Source: Bacteroidales bacterium (lineage in GTDB: Bacteria > Bacteroidota > Bacteroidia > Bacteroidales > VadinHA17). Taken from it: 64,000 bases of DNA. The stretch is taken from the NCBI GenBank assembly GCA_036261265.1, contig DATALC010000074.1, positions 17,393 through 81,392 of the forward strand, in the 5' to 3' direction. Shown piece after piece: positions 54,922-64,000 of this stretch; position 1 is the stretch's first letter; the number at the start of each line of letters is the position of its first letter. The notes below the pieces were generated by a model that was given only the letters and a program-made list of their open reading frames with translations, was not told where the DNA came from and did no database searches. Made by a program: the position numbers and the translations under genes.

Positions 54922-57210
54922 CTATAACTTTCTGAGTTTTGCGAACCTGAGTAAAAGCTTTTTCTTTCCTTGATTTCCGAAATCGACAGTAGCTGTTGTA
55001 TTCGGTGGCTGCCCTTCAATTGATGCGATTATTCCTTTTCCAAATCTTTCATGAATGACATTATCGCCTGTGGAAAAATCCGATGGATCACATAATGGAA
55101 TGGAAGTTTCCTGAGAAACGGAAGATGTCTTTATTACGGGCTTAAACCTTGTTTTAGCAGTTGAAACGGGAGATTCCTCCACTATCGGATGAGAAGGGCT
55201 CCCGGTATTATTAATCCTGGCTTTTGCAAAAGGTTTTCCACCTGTCTGGGGGTAATGAAGAAATTTCTGATCGATTTCCGAAAGAAAACGGCTTGGATTG
55301 CTCCTTTCAAGATTTCCCCATTTGTACCTGTTTAGAGCATAACTTAGAGTTACCTGTTTTTCTGCACGGGTGACTGCAACATAGAAGAGCCGGCGTTCTT
55401 CCTCAAGCTCTTTTGGGTTATTGACCGATAATGGCGAGGGGAACAATGTATCCTCAACGCCCACGATATAAACATGCTTGAACTCAAGGCCTTTCGCTGA
55501 ATGCATTGTCATCAGAGTAACCTGTTCGTTATTCTCATCTTCGGGCTGATCCTGGTCTGTAAGTAACGATACTGTCGCCATAAAAGCTTCAAGATTAGAA
55601 GGCTCGCCGTTTGTATCGGCGGCTTCAGTGAAAACTTTTATACCATTAAGAAGCTCTTCAAGGTTCTCGAACTTACTGACTTCCTCCGGCGATCTTCCTT
55701 CCTTAAGCTCACGCATAATGCCTGAACCTGAAGCAATCTCCCTTGCCTTTGAATAAGCATCGGTCGAATCAGTATTATTCCTGAAATGATTTATTGCTTC
55801 AACATACGAGAGCAGCTTCCTTGCAGTACCCTGGTTAAACTGTTCAGGATATTTTCCTGCTTCCTGAAGTATATTCCATGCGGGTATCCCCAGTGAAGAA
55901 GAAAGCTCGAACACCTTGTCTACTGTTGTATCGCCGATTCCTCTTTTTGGATAGTTGATTGATCTCTTAAGAGCCTCCTCATCCTGCGGATTTATGACCA
56001 TTCTGAAATATGAAAGTATGTCTTTGATTTCCTTCCTGTCATAAAATGAAAGTCCGCCGTAAATCTTATATGGAATATTCTTTCGCCTCAGGGTTTCCTC
56101 GAAAATCCTCGACTGTGCATTTGTCCTGTACAATATCGCAAAATCCGACCAGTTAAGCTTCTGTGAAAAGCGTTTGTCGAAAATGTCTGATGCAACATTG
56201 AATCCTTCTTCAGAATCAGTTATTGACTGGAATACACGGATCTTCTCACCCTGTTCGTTTTTTGAAAAGACTTTTTTCTGTATTTGTCCCTCGTTATTGG
56301 CAATGATTGTGTTTGCAGCATCAACAATTGTCTGGGTCGACCTGTAATTCTGTTCAAGCTTGAAAAGCTTGAAATTGCCATAATCCTTTTCAAATTCGAG
56401 GATGTTTTCTATCCTGGCGCCACGAAATGAATAAATGCTTTGTGCATCATCTCCGACAACGCAAAGATTGTGATGCCGGGCTGATAGTTTTCTTACAATA
56501 AGATACTGGGAATAGTTTGTGTCCTGGTACTCATCGACAAGAATATATGAGAATCGTTCCTGCCATGCTGCGAGCACATCGGGGAAATCGCGTAGAAGAA
56601 TATTCGTATTCAGCAGAAGATCATCGAAATCCATTGCATTTGCAATGAAGCATCTGCGTGAGTATATTATATAAATATCAGATATCAATGGCATCCGGCT
56701 TGCCTTGTCATATTCCTGTAAGGAGCTGTCGCCCTGGTACATCCCGGCAGTTACGAGATTGTTTTTTGCAGTTGATATCCTGGAGGAGATAACGCCGGGT
56801 TTGTAAACATTATCGTCGAGATTCAGCTCTTTGATTATCGACCTTATAAGGCTGCGTGAATCAGATGTGTCATAAATTGTGAAGTTGGATTTATATCCGA
56901 GTCTTTCACCTTCCATCCTCAGAATGCGGGCAAAAATAGAATGGAATGTTCCCATCCAGAGATGCCTGGTAACCTGTGGATCAGTTATCCTCGAAATCCT
57001 TTCTTTCATCTCCCTTGCAGCCTTGTTTGTGAATGTCAATGCAAGGATCTTTCCTGCGGGCACACCTTTCTGGAGGAGATGAGCAATCCTGAAGGTAAGA
57101 ACTCTTGTCTTACCCGCACCGGCTCCTGCTATTACAAGTGAAGGCCCTTCAGTATTAATTACCGCCTGCCTCTGGGAGTCATTCAGTTCGTTCAGATAGT
57201 CGTTTAGCAT
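54922..57210 (-). CDS. uvrD: ATP-dependent DNA helicase, UvrD/PcrA/Rep family
   Basis: Motif I AGAGAGKTRVL, motif II VDEYQDTN, TMHSAKGLEF. ATG at 57210 preferred over TTG at 57258. Confidence 0.9.
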   Translation of the reverse strand: MLNDYLNELNDSQRQAVINTEGPSLVIAGAGAGKTRVLTFRIAHLLQKGVPAGKILALTFTNKAAREMKERISRITDPQVTRHLWMGTFHSIFARILRMEGERLGYKSNFTIYDTSDSRSLIRSIIKELNLDDNVYKPGVISSRISTAKNNLVTAGMYQGDSSLQEYDKASRMPLISDIYIIYSRRCFIANAMDFDDLLLNTNILLRDFPDVLAAWQERFSYILVDEYQDTNYSQYLIVRKLSARHHNLCVVGDDAQSIYSFRGARIENILEFEKDYGNFKLFKLEQNYRSTQTIVDAANTIIANNEGQIQKKVFSKNEQGEKIRVFQSITDSEEGFNVASDIFDKRFSQKLNWSDFAILYRTNAQSRIFEETLRRKNIPYKIYGGLSFYDRKEIKDILSYFRMVINPQDEEALKRSINYPKRGIGDTTVDKVFELSSSLGIPAWNILQEAGKYPEQFNQGTARKLLSYVEAINHFRNNTDSTDAYSKAREIASGSGIMRELKEGRSPEEVSKFENLEELLNGIKVFTEAADTNGEPSNLEAFMATVSLLTDQDQPEDENNEQVTLMTMHSAKGLEFKHVYIVGVEDTLFPSPLSVNNPKELEEERRLFYVAVTRAEKQVTLSYALNRYKWGNLERSNPSRFLSEIDQKFLHYPQTGGKPFAKARINNTGSPSHPIVEESPVSTAKTRFKPVIKTSSVSQETSIPLCDPSDFSTGDNVIHERFGKGIIASIEGQPPNTTATVDFGNQGKKKLLLRFAKLRKL

Positions 57211-57409
57211 AACAGAATCCTGAGAATTCAGCGTAAACAGGTCCGGCAAATTTAGCAAATAACGATTTAGTCAAAGGACAGTATGAATGTAAAATGCATT
57301 ATTTTATCAACATGCCTGTGAACGAGGCATTTATTATTGTTAATTATTTCACAGATAGCTAAAATCCAGACGATTGTTTATCTTAACACAAAATATCCTG
57401 ATCCAACGG

Positions 57410-59833
57410 ATGAGAAAACTCATACTTCTGCTTTGCATTTCTTCTATGATTTCCTGCGGGAAACCTGAATCGCATCATATAAGGTTATGGTACAACAAGC
57501 CCGCTGATGCAGGTACTCCTGATCTCAGAAACGGATGGCAGAATGATCCTGAATGGCTGAAAGCCCTTCCTGTTGGCAATGGATTTATCGGCGCAATGGT
57601 TTTCGGAGATGTTGACAAGGAGCGGATTCAACTTAACGAGAAAACACTCTGGTCGGGCAGCCCTGATGACAATGATAATCCTGATGCTTACGAAAGTCTT
57701 TCAAAAATTCGTAGCCTTCTTTTTTCAGACAGGTATAAAGAGGCAACTGAACTCACTCTGAAAACCCAGGTCTGCAAAGGCGCGGGTTCGGGTAACGGGA
57801 ATGGGGCAGAGGCGCCTTATGGTTGTTTTCAGACTATGGGTGATCTTTGGCTCGATTTCGGGACTCATAGTAATTATGAAAATTATCACCGGGAACTTGA
57901 TCTTGAAGAAGGTTTGGTTAGAATATCTTACTCTCAGGATGGTGTATTTTATTCGCGTGAAATTTTTGCAAGTTATCCCGACAGGGCTCTTATTATTCAC
58001 CTCAGATCTGATAAAAAAAGGTCACTCAGTTTTTCAGCCACGCTTGACAGGCCTGAAAGATATAGCCTGGGAACTGACGGGTCGACACTTCTCATGTCGG
58101 GCTATATGAATAATGGCAGGGGAGGAGAAGGGATGAAATATGCGGCACGGCTTAAGGCTTTCAGCAGAAACGGAGAAATAAACTATAACGATAGTACATT
58201 AATCGTTAAAAACGCAAGTGATGTTTTTCTGATGCTTACTGCAGCCACAAACTACAGGCAACAATATCCTGACTATAAAGGTGATGATCCGGTATGCACA
58301 ACATTCAACCAGATAAATAAAAATGCATCGCTCTCATATCAGGATCTGTTCGAAAGGCATCTTAAAGACTATTCATCAATTTTTGATAAGGTAAGCCTTG
58401 ATCTGACAAATGATCCTGATACAATCCCGACGGACAGAAGATTGAGAAACCAGGATGATCTGATGTTGCAGGAAATCTACTTTCAATATGGAAGGTATCT
58501 TCTTATCTCATCATCCAGGGAAGGCTCTTTACCCGCAAACCTGCAGGGTATATGGGCAAACAAGGTACAAACGCCCTGGAATTGCGACTATCATACCGAT
58601 ATAAATGTCCAGATGAACTACTGGCCATCGGATGTGGCAAACCTTCAGGAGTGCTTTGAGCCGATGACAAGCTTCATAGAATCAATAGTTCCACCGGGTG
58701 AAAGAACGGCAAAGATCCAGTACCATGCCGGTGGATGGTGTGTTCATCCGATAACAAATGTCTGGGGCTTTACTTCTCCGGGAGAGCATCCCTCATGGGG
58801 TATGCATGTTGGCGCCGGAGGATGGCTTTGTCAGCACCTGTGGGATCATTACACATTCACTCTTGATAAAAACTACCTTGCAGGGATTTATCCCGTTTTA
58901 ACGGGTTCCGCAAAATTCTATCTTGACTGGCTTGTTAAGGATTTTGAATCCGGAAAATTGGTATCAGGTCCTGCATCTTCTCCTGAGAATACTTTCATTG
59001 CACCCGATGGATCGAAGGCACAGATAAGCATGGGTCCATCGCATGATCAGGAAGTTATTCATGAACTTTTCACAAATGTACTCAATGCAGGCAGGATACT
59101 TCATGATTCAGATCCATTGCTGAACCGGATTGACTCAGCGCTGAAGATCCTTGCTTATCCTGGTATAGGACACGATGGACGTCTCATGGAATGGAGAAAG
59201 GAATTTGCCGAAACTGAACCTGAGCACAGGCATGTTTCACATCTGTACATGCTCCATCCAGGCAATGTTATTGATCCCGAAAAGACACCCGTCCTTGCGT
59301 CAGCTGCAAAGAAGAGCCTCGAAGCAAGAGGTGATGCAGGCACCGGCTGGTCGCTTGCATGGAAAATAAATTTCTGGTCACGCCTTCATGATGGCGAAAA
59401 AGCATACAGCCTATTGAAGAACCTTTTGAAGCCAATTCAGACTTATATTATCGATACGGCGAACCCGGGAGGCACTTATCCGAACCTCTTTTGCGGACAT
59501 CCACCGTTTCAGATTGATGGAAACTTTGGCGCAACTGCAGGTATTGCAGAGATGTTAATACAAAGTCATATAAAAGAAGGAGATTCATGGTTAATCAGGC
59601 TTCTCCCTGCAATTCCTTCTGCCTGGGCAAAGGGGAGCGTACAAGGATTAAGGGCCCGGGGTGGTTTTGAGGTTAGTATTGTTTGGGATGATCATGAGCT
59701 GAAAACATGCGAAATAAAATCACTGGCGGGTAGTGTCCTGCACATGACTTACGGAAAAATGAAATATTCAATACCTACTGAAATTGGAAAGACATACAGG
59801 TTTGATGGTAGTTTGAAGTCAATATTATTATGA
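57410..59833 (+). CDS. glycoside hydrolase family 95 (alpha-L-fucosidase-like)
   Basis: Lipoprotein-like signal (MRKLILLLCISSMISCG). LWYNKPA...ALPVGNGFIGAMVFG N-terminal block, NLQGIWA and HTDINVQMNYW blocks. Confidence 0.8.
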   Translation: MRKLILLLCISSMISCGKPESHHIRLWYNKPADAGTPDLRNGWQNDPEWLKALPVGNGFIGAMVFGDVDKERIQLNEKTLWSGSPDDNDNPDAYESLSKIRSLLFSDRYKEATELTLKTQVCKGAGSGNGNGAEAPYGCFQTMGDLWLDFGTHSNYENYHRELDLEEGLVRISYSQDGVFYSREIFASYPDRALIIHLRSDKKRSLSFSATLDRPERYSLGTDGSTLLMSGYMNNGRGGEGMKYAARLKAFSRNGEINYNDSTLIVKNASDVFLMLTAATNYRQQYPDYKGDDPVCTTFNQINKNASLSYQDLFERHLKDYSSIFDKVSLDLTNDPDTIPTDRRLRNQDDLMLQEIYFQYGRYLLISSSREGSLPANLQGIWANKVQTPWNCDYHTDINVQMNYWPSDVANLQECFEPMTSFIESIVPPGERTAKIQYHAGGWCVHPITNVWGFTSPGEHPSWGMHVGAGGWLCQHLWDHYTFTLDKNYLAGIYPVLTGSAKFYLDWLVKDFESGKLVSGPASSPENTFIAPDGSKAQISMGPSHDQEVIHELFTNVLNAGRILHDSDPLLNRIDSALKILAYPGIGHDGRLMEWRKEFAETEPEHRHVSHLYMLHPGNVIDPEKTPVLASAAKKSLEARGDAGTGWSLAWKINFWSRLHDGEKAYSLLKNLLKPIQTYIIDTANPGGTYPNLFCGHPPFQIDGNFGATAGIAEMLIQSHIKEGDSWLIRLLPAIPSAWAKGSVQGLRARGGFEVSIVWDDHELKTCEIKSLAGSVLHMTYGKMKYSIPTEIGKTYRFDGSLKSILL

Positions 59834-59904
59834 TTTTGATGTACTTTCATATATTTTCTTAATTGTAAATATGTATTGCATTTAGTCACTTAAATGAGTT
59901 TATT

Positions 59905-60228
59905 ATGAAAAGGTATGGACAGTTTATCGGCGTTAAGCCTGAATTTTTTGAGAGCTATAAGGAGTACCATAAGAATGTATGGCCTGAAGTACTTGAAACT
60001 ATAAAGAAATGTAATATCAGGAATTACAGCATCTTCCACAAAGACAACAGGCTGTTCGCTTACTTTGAATATACAGGTAACGATTATGCCGCCGATATGA
60101 AAAAAATGGCAGCCGATCCGAAAACACAGGAATGGTGGACAATAATGAATCCTATGCAGGAACCCGATAAAAGCAGGGAAAAGGGTGATTGGTGGTCGGT
60201 TATGGAGGAAGTATTTCATGTAGATTGA
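59905..60228 (+). CDS. rhaM: L-rhamnose mutarotase
   Basis: 107 aa. MKRYGQFIGVKPEFFESYKEYHKNVWPEVL...IRNYSIF is typical of the RhaM family. Confidence 0.8.
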   Translation: MKRYGQFIGVKPEFFESYKEYHKNVWPEVLETIKKCNIRNYSIFHKDNRLFAYFEYTGNDYAADMKKMAADPKTQEWWTIMNPMQEPDKSREKGDWWSVMEEVFHVD

Positions 60229-60311
60229 CATCATCGATCTGCATGTGAAAAGGGAATCAAAAAAATTGGAGGCTTTTTATTATTATTGCCAAAGATTAGA
60301 CAAATACCCTT

Positions 60312-61610
60312 GTGCCCAACTTCAAACAGATAGCTGTGAGATATCTTTTTCTTGTAATATGGTTTCTTATATCATCAGTAACATTTGCACAGCTGACAGC
60401 TCCGGGTAGCAAAACAATCAGTTATACTGTTTATCCTTCAACTCCGGAAGTTAAGGATCCTGTTTTCATCTATTGTAATCCAACAGGATCAGTGACGGGT
60501 GAATTGCAGGCTGTTTTGCCAGGTGGAACAGAAGCGTCGGACTTTAAATGGTTCAGATGGAACAATACTTCACTCTCTTTTAGTGATGTTATAAAAAACG
60601 ATGCAGGCGTAACGACATCATCTGTCAATAATCTCACTGAAGGTGGTTACAGGGTCATAATAAGCGGAAATTATAACGATACGTTGACAGGATGGATCGA
60701 TATTGATCAGCCAAAGGGTAAAGCCAGCCTTATGAACAGAACATGCGATTATGTTGCATTAAATGGCGGAGGCATTGGCGTTGATCCGTTTTATTATTAC
60801 GATATTATTAACGGGAAACCGGTATTGCTTCCGAATAGCGTCAGCTTTATATGGTCTTCAACGCCTGAATCAAGCATCCCTTATCCTGATTTTGAAAAAA
60901 ATCCACAGACTTTTAACCCTCCGCTTCAGGATGTTACATATAATCTCCGTATTTCAGATAACTTCGGATGCGTTAATGAATCTTCATTCCTCTATGAATC
61001 AATTCATGTAAATGCTGAGTTCACATCCGATCCGGTTGAAGGTGAAGCTCCACTTGAGGTTTCATTTACAGACAAATCTGTGAGGGCATCAAAAAAGTAT
61101 ACCTGGGATTTTGGAGAGAAAACACCAGATGGCAAGAACATCACCTGGACAGTAACAAATGATCCCGATTCATTATGGATATTCAAACAGCCTTTCATGC
61201 ACAAATACTATATCCCGGGTGAATATTCAGTAAGCGTGATGATTGAAAGCACCCTTGGATGCACAGACTCATTCAGGCTTGCCCAGAAGATAGTTGTGGA
61301 ACCATCTGATGTTGAAATACCAAATGTTTTTACTCCGGATGGAGATGGAATCAATGACTATTTCAGGCCTTTAACAAAATCACTCAGGTATATTGCAATC
61401 GAAGTATTCAGCAGAAGCGGATTACGGGTTTACAATTTCATCGGACAGGGTGAGGATCTTGCTTCATGGCAGGGCTGGGACGGCAATGTAAATGAATCGT
61501 CTGCCAAAGCCGCACCAGGCGTTTATTTCTACATCATCAGGGCCCAGGGTTGGGATGATGTTAAATATGATTCTAAGGCACAAAGGGGGTATGTTTATCT
61601 TTATAGATAA
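60312..61610 (+). CDS. secreted PKD-domain protein with T9SS type-B (gliding-motility-associated) C-terminal sorting domain
   Basis: Signal peptide. PKD-like FTSDPVEGEAPLEVSFTDKS. C-terminal IPNVFTPDGDGINDYF...YFYII...GYVYLYR. GTG start is uncertain. Confidence 0.75.
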   Translation: MPNFKQIAVRYLFLVIWFLISSVTFAQLTAPGSKTISYTVYPSTPEVKDPVFIYCNPTGSVTGELQAVLPGGTEASDFKWFRWNNTSLSFSDVIKNDAGVTTSSVNNLTEGGYRVIISGNYNDTLTGWIDIDQPKGKASLMNRTCDYVALNGGGIGVDPFYYYDIINGKPVLLPNSVSFIWSSTPESSIPYPDFEKNPQTFNPPLQDVTYNLRISDNFGCVNESSFLYESIHVNAEFTSDPVEGEAPLEVSFTDKSVRASKKYTWDFGEKTPDGKNITWTVTNDPDSLWIFKQPFMHKYYIPGEYSVSVMIESTLGCTDSFRLAQKIVVEPSDVEIPNVFTPDGDGINDYFRPLTKSLRYIAIEVFSRSGLRVYNFIGQGEDLASWQGWDGNVNESSAKAAPGVYFYIIRAQGWDDVKYDSKAQRGYVYLYR

Positions 61611-61617
61611 AGTTCTT

Positions 61618-61689
61618 AAAGTCTGTAAAGTTTATAAAGTCTGTAAAGTTTTTAGAGTCTGTAAAGTTTTTAGAGTCTGTAAAGTTCGA
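61618..61689. repeat. 18-bp tandem repeat, 4 copies (ARAGTCTGTAAAGTTTWT)
   Basis: Read directly between the convergent stops at 61610 and 61701. Confidence 0.9.
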
Positions 61690-61700
61690 GAGATACTAAT

Positions 61701-62789
61701 TTATTCCGGCAGGTTTTTCTCAAGGAACCTTATCCAGTTTCCATTCATTATGTTTTCAGTATCCTGCTGACTATAACCGATGCTGTGCAGCATTGGAGGA
61801 ATTTTCTGAAGATCAGCAATTGTTTCGATATCGACAGGACATTGTTCCTTGCCGAAAGCTCCGTCGAGATCCGAGCCTATAGCAGTATGAAGTGAATCTC
61901 CTGCTAACTGGCAGATATGATCGATGTTGTTAATGACCTGCTTAAGTGAAACACCCATGCTAACAGGATCAGACTTACCAGTCTGCCAGCCGGGTACGAG
62001 CATCCATGCATCGAGAGCAACACCGATAACTGCGTTCCTTTCAACAAGCTGTCTGACCATCTCATCTGAAAACTGCCTGTTATGTGGCGCAAACTTCCTG
62101 CAGTTGTTATGACTTGCCCAGACCGGTCCTCCGAAAGCATCAAGAGCTTCAGGGAAGCTGTCAATGCCAAGATGAGTCGCATCGAGAATAATTCCAAGTC
62201 TTTCCATATTCTTAAGCAGCTCTCTTCCGGCTGAACCTATTCCACCCCTTGCATCAGTTCCCTGGGCATACGTTCCGGGGCCATAATGAGCCGGGCCGAT
62301 GGCCCTCAGACCGTAATTATATGCTTTTTCAAGATGATCCATTGATACAATCGAGTCGGCCCCTTCAAGGCTGAGAACATAACCAACAGGGCTCTTACTG
62401 TCGGGTTTTTTCCACAAATCAAGATGTTTCTTCAGATCTGATTTCGTACAGATCTGTGTCATTTCACCTGCCTTTTCCATCTCTTTGTACCAAGCAAGCT
62501 GGCCCTGGGTCTGAGCCCAGGCCTGTTCGCGGGAATGCCAGCCCGGAATGGGGTTTCCTTTTTTGACATAACGTGCAATCTGTGTGGCAACGCATAATCC
62601 GATCTTTCCCTCCCTCATTGCTTCAAAGCTTACAGTGCCTTTTCCACGGTCAGGCTTATCATTCATTCCCTTCTCACTTTCACGTATCTGCGTCACGCTC
62701 CACCTGAAATCACGGTTCCATTCAAGCGCATTCATCGATAAATCAAGATGTCCGTCAACGATCAGGGGTAAGTTCTTTTTTGTCTCCAT
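61701..62789 (-). CDS. membrane-dipeptidase (peptidase M19) family protein
   Basis: VDGHLDL N-terminal metal-binding block, amidohydrolase-fold length, DATHL block. Confidence 0.75.
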   Translation of the reverse strand: METKKNLPLIVDGHLDLSMNALEWNRDFRWSVTQIRESEKGMNDKPDRGKGTVSFEAMREGKIGLCVATQIARYVKKGNPIPGWHSREQAWAQTQGQLAWYKEMEKAGEMTQICTKSDLKKHLDLWKKPDSKSPVGYVLSLEGADSIVSMDHLEKAYNYGLRAIGPAHYGPGTYAQGTDARGGIGSAGRELLKNMERLGIILDATHLGIDSFPEALDAFGGPVWASHNNCRKFAPHNRQFSDEMVRQLVERNAVIGVALDAWMLVPGWQTGKSDPVSMGVSLKQVINNIDHICQLAGDSLHTAIGSDLDGAFGKEQCPVDIETIADLQKIPPMLHSIGYSQQDTENIMNGNWIRFLEKNLPE

Positions 62790-63904
62790 TATATGGTTAT
62801 TCTTCTTTTTCGTGCTTCAACACTCCATTCACATTCAGCAACATTATTTCTGATCACGACAGCTTTGTCGTGCCTGTCTATCGTTGGACAGATGTGCCAC
62901 GGGATACAATATAATATGTCACCTGTCCTGTACCTTTCAGCCTGGCTTGTACTTATAACAAGATGTTCTTCATTATGCCCTGTAAACCTATAATCCGGTA
63001 ATTCAGGGAAAACAACCCGTGGATGAGGCATCTCCGATGCGACAGCTTTGTGCCCGAGATCGAGACACAACAAACCGGGGGCAGGCTTGCTGACAACTCT
63101 TGTGAGGAGGATTGCAGCATGAAGGAAATCAAGATCTTTAAAAGACTGGCTGTAACCGTAATCCCAGAGAATGGTTGTTCCGGGACTAAGAACTGCATTT
63201 CCGTAAGTGGCGTGAATTGGGAAGCTTGGTGTGCCTCCGGCAATAACTTTTACTCCTTTATAACCTTCACTATTGAGCTTGCCGAGCATATCCGACACCG
63301 GGGCAAATGCCTCCGAGCATAGCTGTTTACGCAACATGGCATCAGGTTCATGTATATGTCCGTCATAAACGTGAAGACCGCCTGCGACAAGCATTGGCGA
63401 GCTTACGATCTGCTTATACAATTTAATTGCTGATTCTCCCGGGATTATACCCGTTCTGTTCATCCCCGCATTTATATCGAGCCAGACCTCAGTAGTAGAA
63501 TTATTTTTAATGGCATGTTCCGAAATCCTTGAAATATCAGACTCATTATCCGCAAGGCAGGAAATTGATGATTGTGGAAAACGGGTTTTTACATTGAAGA
63601 ATCTTTCGAGAGAGGGTCCGACAGGTTGCATGGCCAGGAGTATATCTGCAGCGCCACAGCCTGCAGTCATTTCAAGTTCAGCGATTGTTGAACACTTGAA
63701 TTTTGTAATCCCGTGTTTCATCTGAAGCTTCACAACCTCAGGCATTTTATGGGTCTTAACGTGGGGTTGCAAGCGGCTTGCTGATCCGGCAATTTCAATC
63801 ATTTTAATTATATTCCTTTCTATCCTGTCAGGATATATGAGGATTGCCGGTGAACTGATCTTGTCTGCGTTTTTAACCCTGAACCATTGATTTATTTCAT
63901 TCAT
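62789..63904 (-). CDS. D-TA family PLP enzyme (D-serine dehydratase DSD1-like / D-threonine aldolase-like; alanine-racemase N-terminal fold)
   Basis: Start at ATG 63904 (MNEINQW...). PLP-lysine block LQPHVKTHKMPE. Stop and the dipeptidase start share TAATG. Confidence 0.7.
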   Translation of the reverse strand: MNEINQWFRVKNADKISSPAILIYPDRIERNIIKMIEIAGSASRLQPHVKTHKMPEVVKLQMKHGITKFKCSTIAELEMTAGCGAADILLAMQPVGPSLERFFNVKTRFPQSSISCLADNESDISRISEHAIKNNSTTEVWLDINAGMNRTGIIPGESAIKLYKQIVSSPMLVAGGLHVYDGHIHEPDAMLRKQLCSEAFAPVSDMLGKLNSEGYKGVKVIAGGTPSFPIHATYGNAVLSPGTTILWDYGYSQSFKDLDFLHAAILLTRVVSKPAPGLLCLDLGHKAVASEMPHPRVVFPELPDYRFTGHNEEHLVISTSQAERYRTGDILYCIPWHICPTIDRHDKAVVIRNNVAECEWSVEARKRRITI

Positions 63905-64000
63905 TGGATTCAATTTCAAAAACCGCTTCAACCTCAATTGCCATATTCCCGGGCAACATAGCTCCGACAGCGCTTCTTGCGCCAATTCCGTTTTCCTCAC
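63897..64000 (-). CDS. RidA/YjgF/UK114-family protein, C-terminal 33 codons (rest outside window)
   Basis: The alternative minus frame reads EENGIGARSAVGAMLPGNMAIEVEAVFEIESNE-stop, matching the RidA C-terminus (ARSAV...LP....VEIEA). Overlaps the downstream start by 8 nt. Confidence 0.6.
   Translation of the reverse strand, partial: EENGIGARSAVGAMLPGNMAIEVEAVFEIESNE

Noticed and set aside
59881-59890. TTTAGTCACT upstream of rhaM matching the 9-mer minisatellite unit at 42605-42662
   Set aside because: It is a single 9-10-nt match without flanking similarity, which is compatible with chance in AT-rich intergenic DNA. It is worth including only as a term in a genome-wide motif search.
61492-61770. 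92-aa ORF spanning the 18-bp repeat array
   Set aside because: It is a periodic KVCKV/FRVCKV translation of the repeat. It overlaps the ends of two well-supported convergent genes.
1-64000. Mobile element, prophage, defence island, tRNA or rRNA content
   Set aside because: I found no integrase, transposase, recombinase, phage structural, restriction-modification, toxin-antitoxin or cas-like proteins among the ORFs. No T-loop-like GGTTCGAATCC motifs occur in intergenic DNA. The gene content is housekeeping throughout.

Overview
Gene-dense chromosomal segment, about 60 protein genes, that looks like core genome of a Bacteroidota bacterium, probably an anaerobic Bacteroidales- or Marinilabiliales-like organism. 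Lineage evidence: TAnnTTTG -7 promoter boxes just upstream of several genes, a T9SS type-B C-terminal sorting domain, and Bacteroidota-typical neighbourhoods (parA-parB-DUF5683-lytic transglycosylase; DUF4290-murA; DUF4492-cydAB; a TPP riboswitch ahead of TonB receptor-PnuT-TPK). Content is housekeeping: ftsH, phospholipid synthesis (cdsA, psd, pssA, lipid kinase), cytochrome bd oxidase, grpE-dnaJ, hsp20, murA, two tandem kup genes, cstA, ndh, uvrD, ogt, glycoside hydrolases GH51 and GH95, and a thiamine salvage operon. I found no rRNA, tRNA, transposase, integrase, phage or cas genes and no genuine CRISPR array. The most unusual signals are: (1) a family of hairpin-bearing tandem repeats at two distant intergenic loci, with a compensatory stem change between loci, each followed by a microsatellite, plus a third short tandem array; (2) an identical 15-nt element with a matching downstream GG-N8-TTGA arrangement upstream of both hsp20 and grpE-dnaJ; (3) an apparent operon of a DNA-binding-domain-less sigma-54 activator, an aspartase-family lyase and HydF; (4) a one-polypeptide SGNH-MBOAT fusion next to a LysM lytic transglycosylase; (5) an operon of acyltransferase, tocopherol-cyclase-like protein, pirin and cupin; (6) a 38-aa CydX-like ORF after cydB. 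All family calls come from motifs read by eye in the supplied translations. No database search was run.
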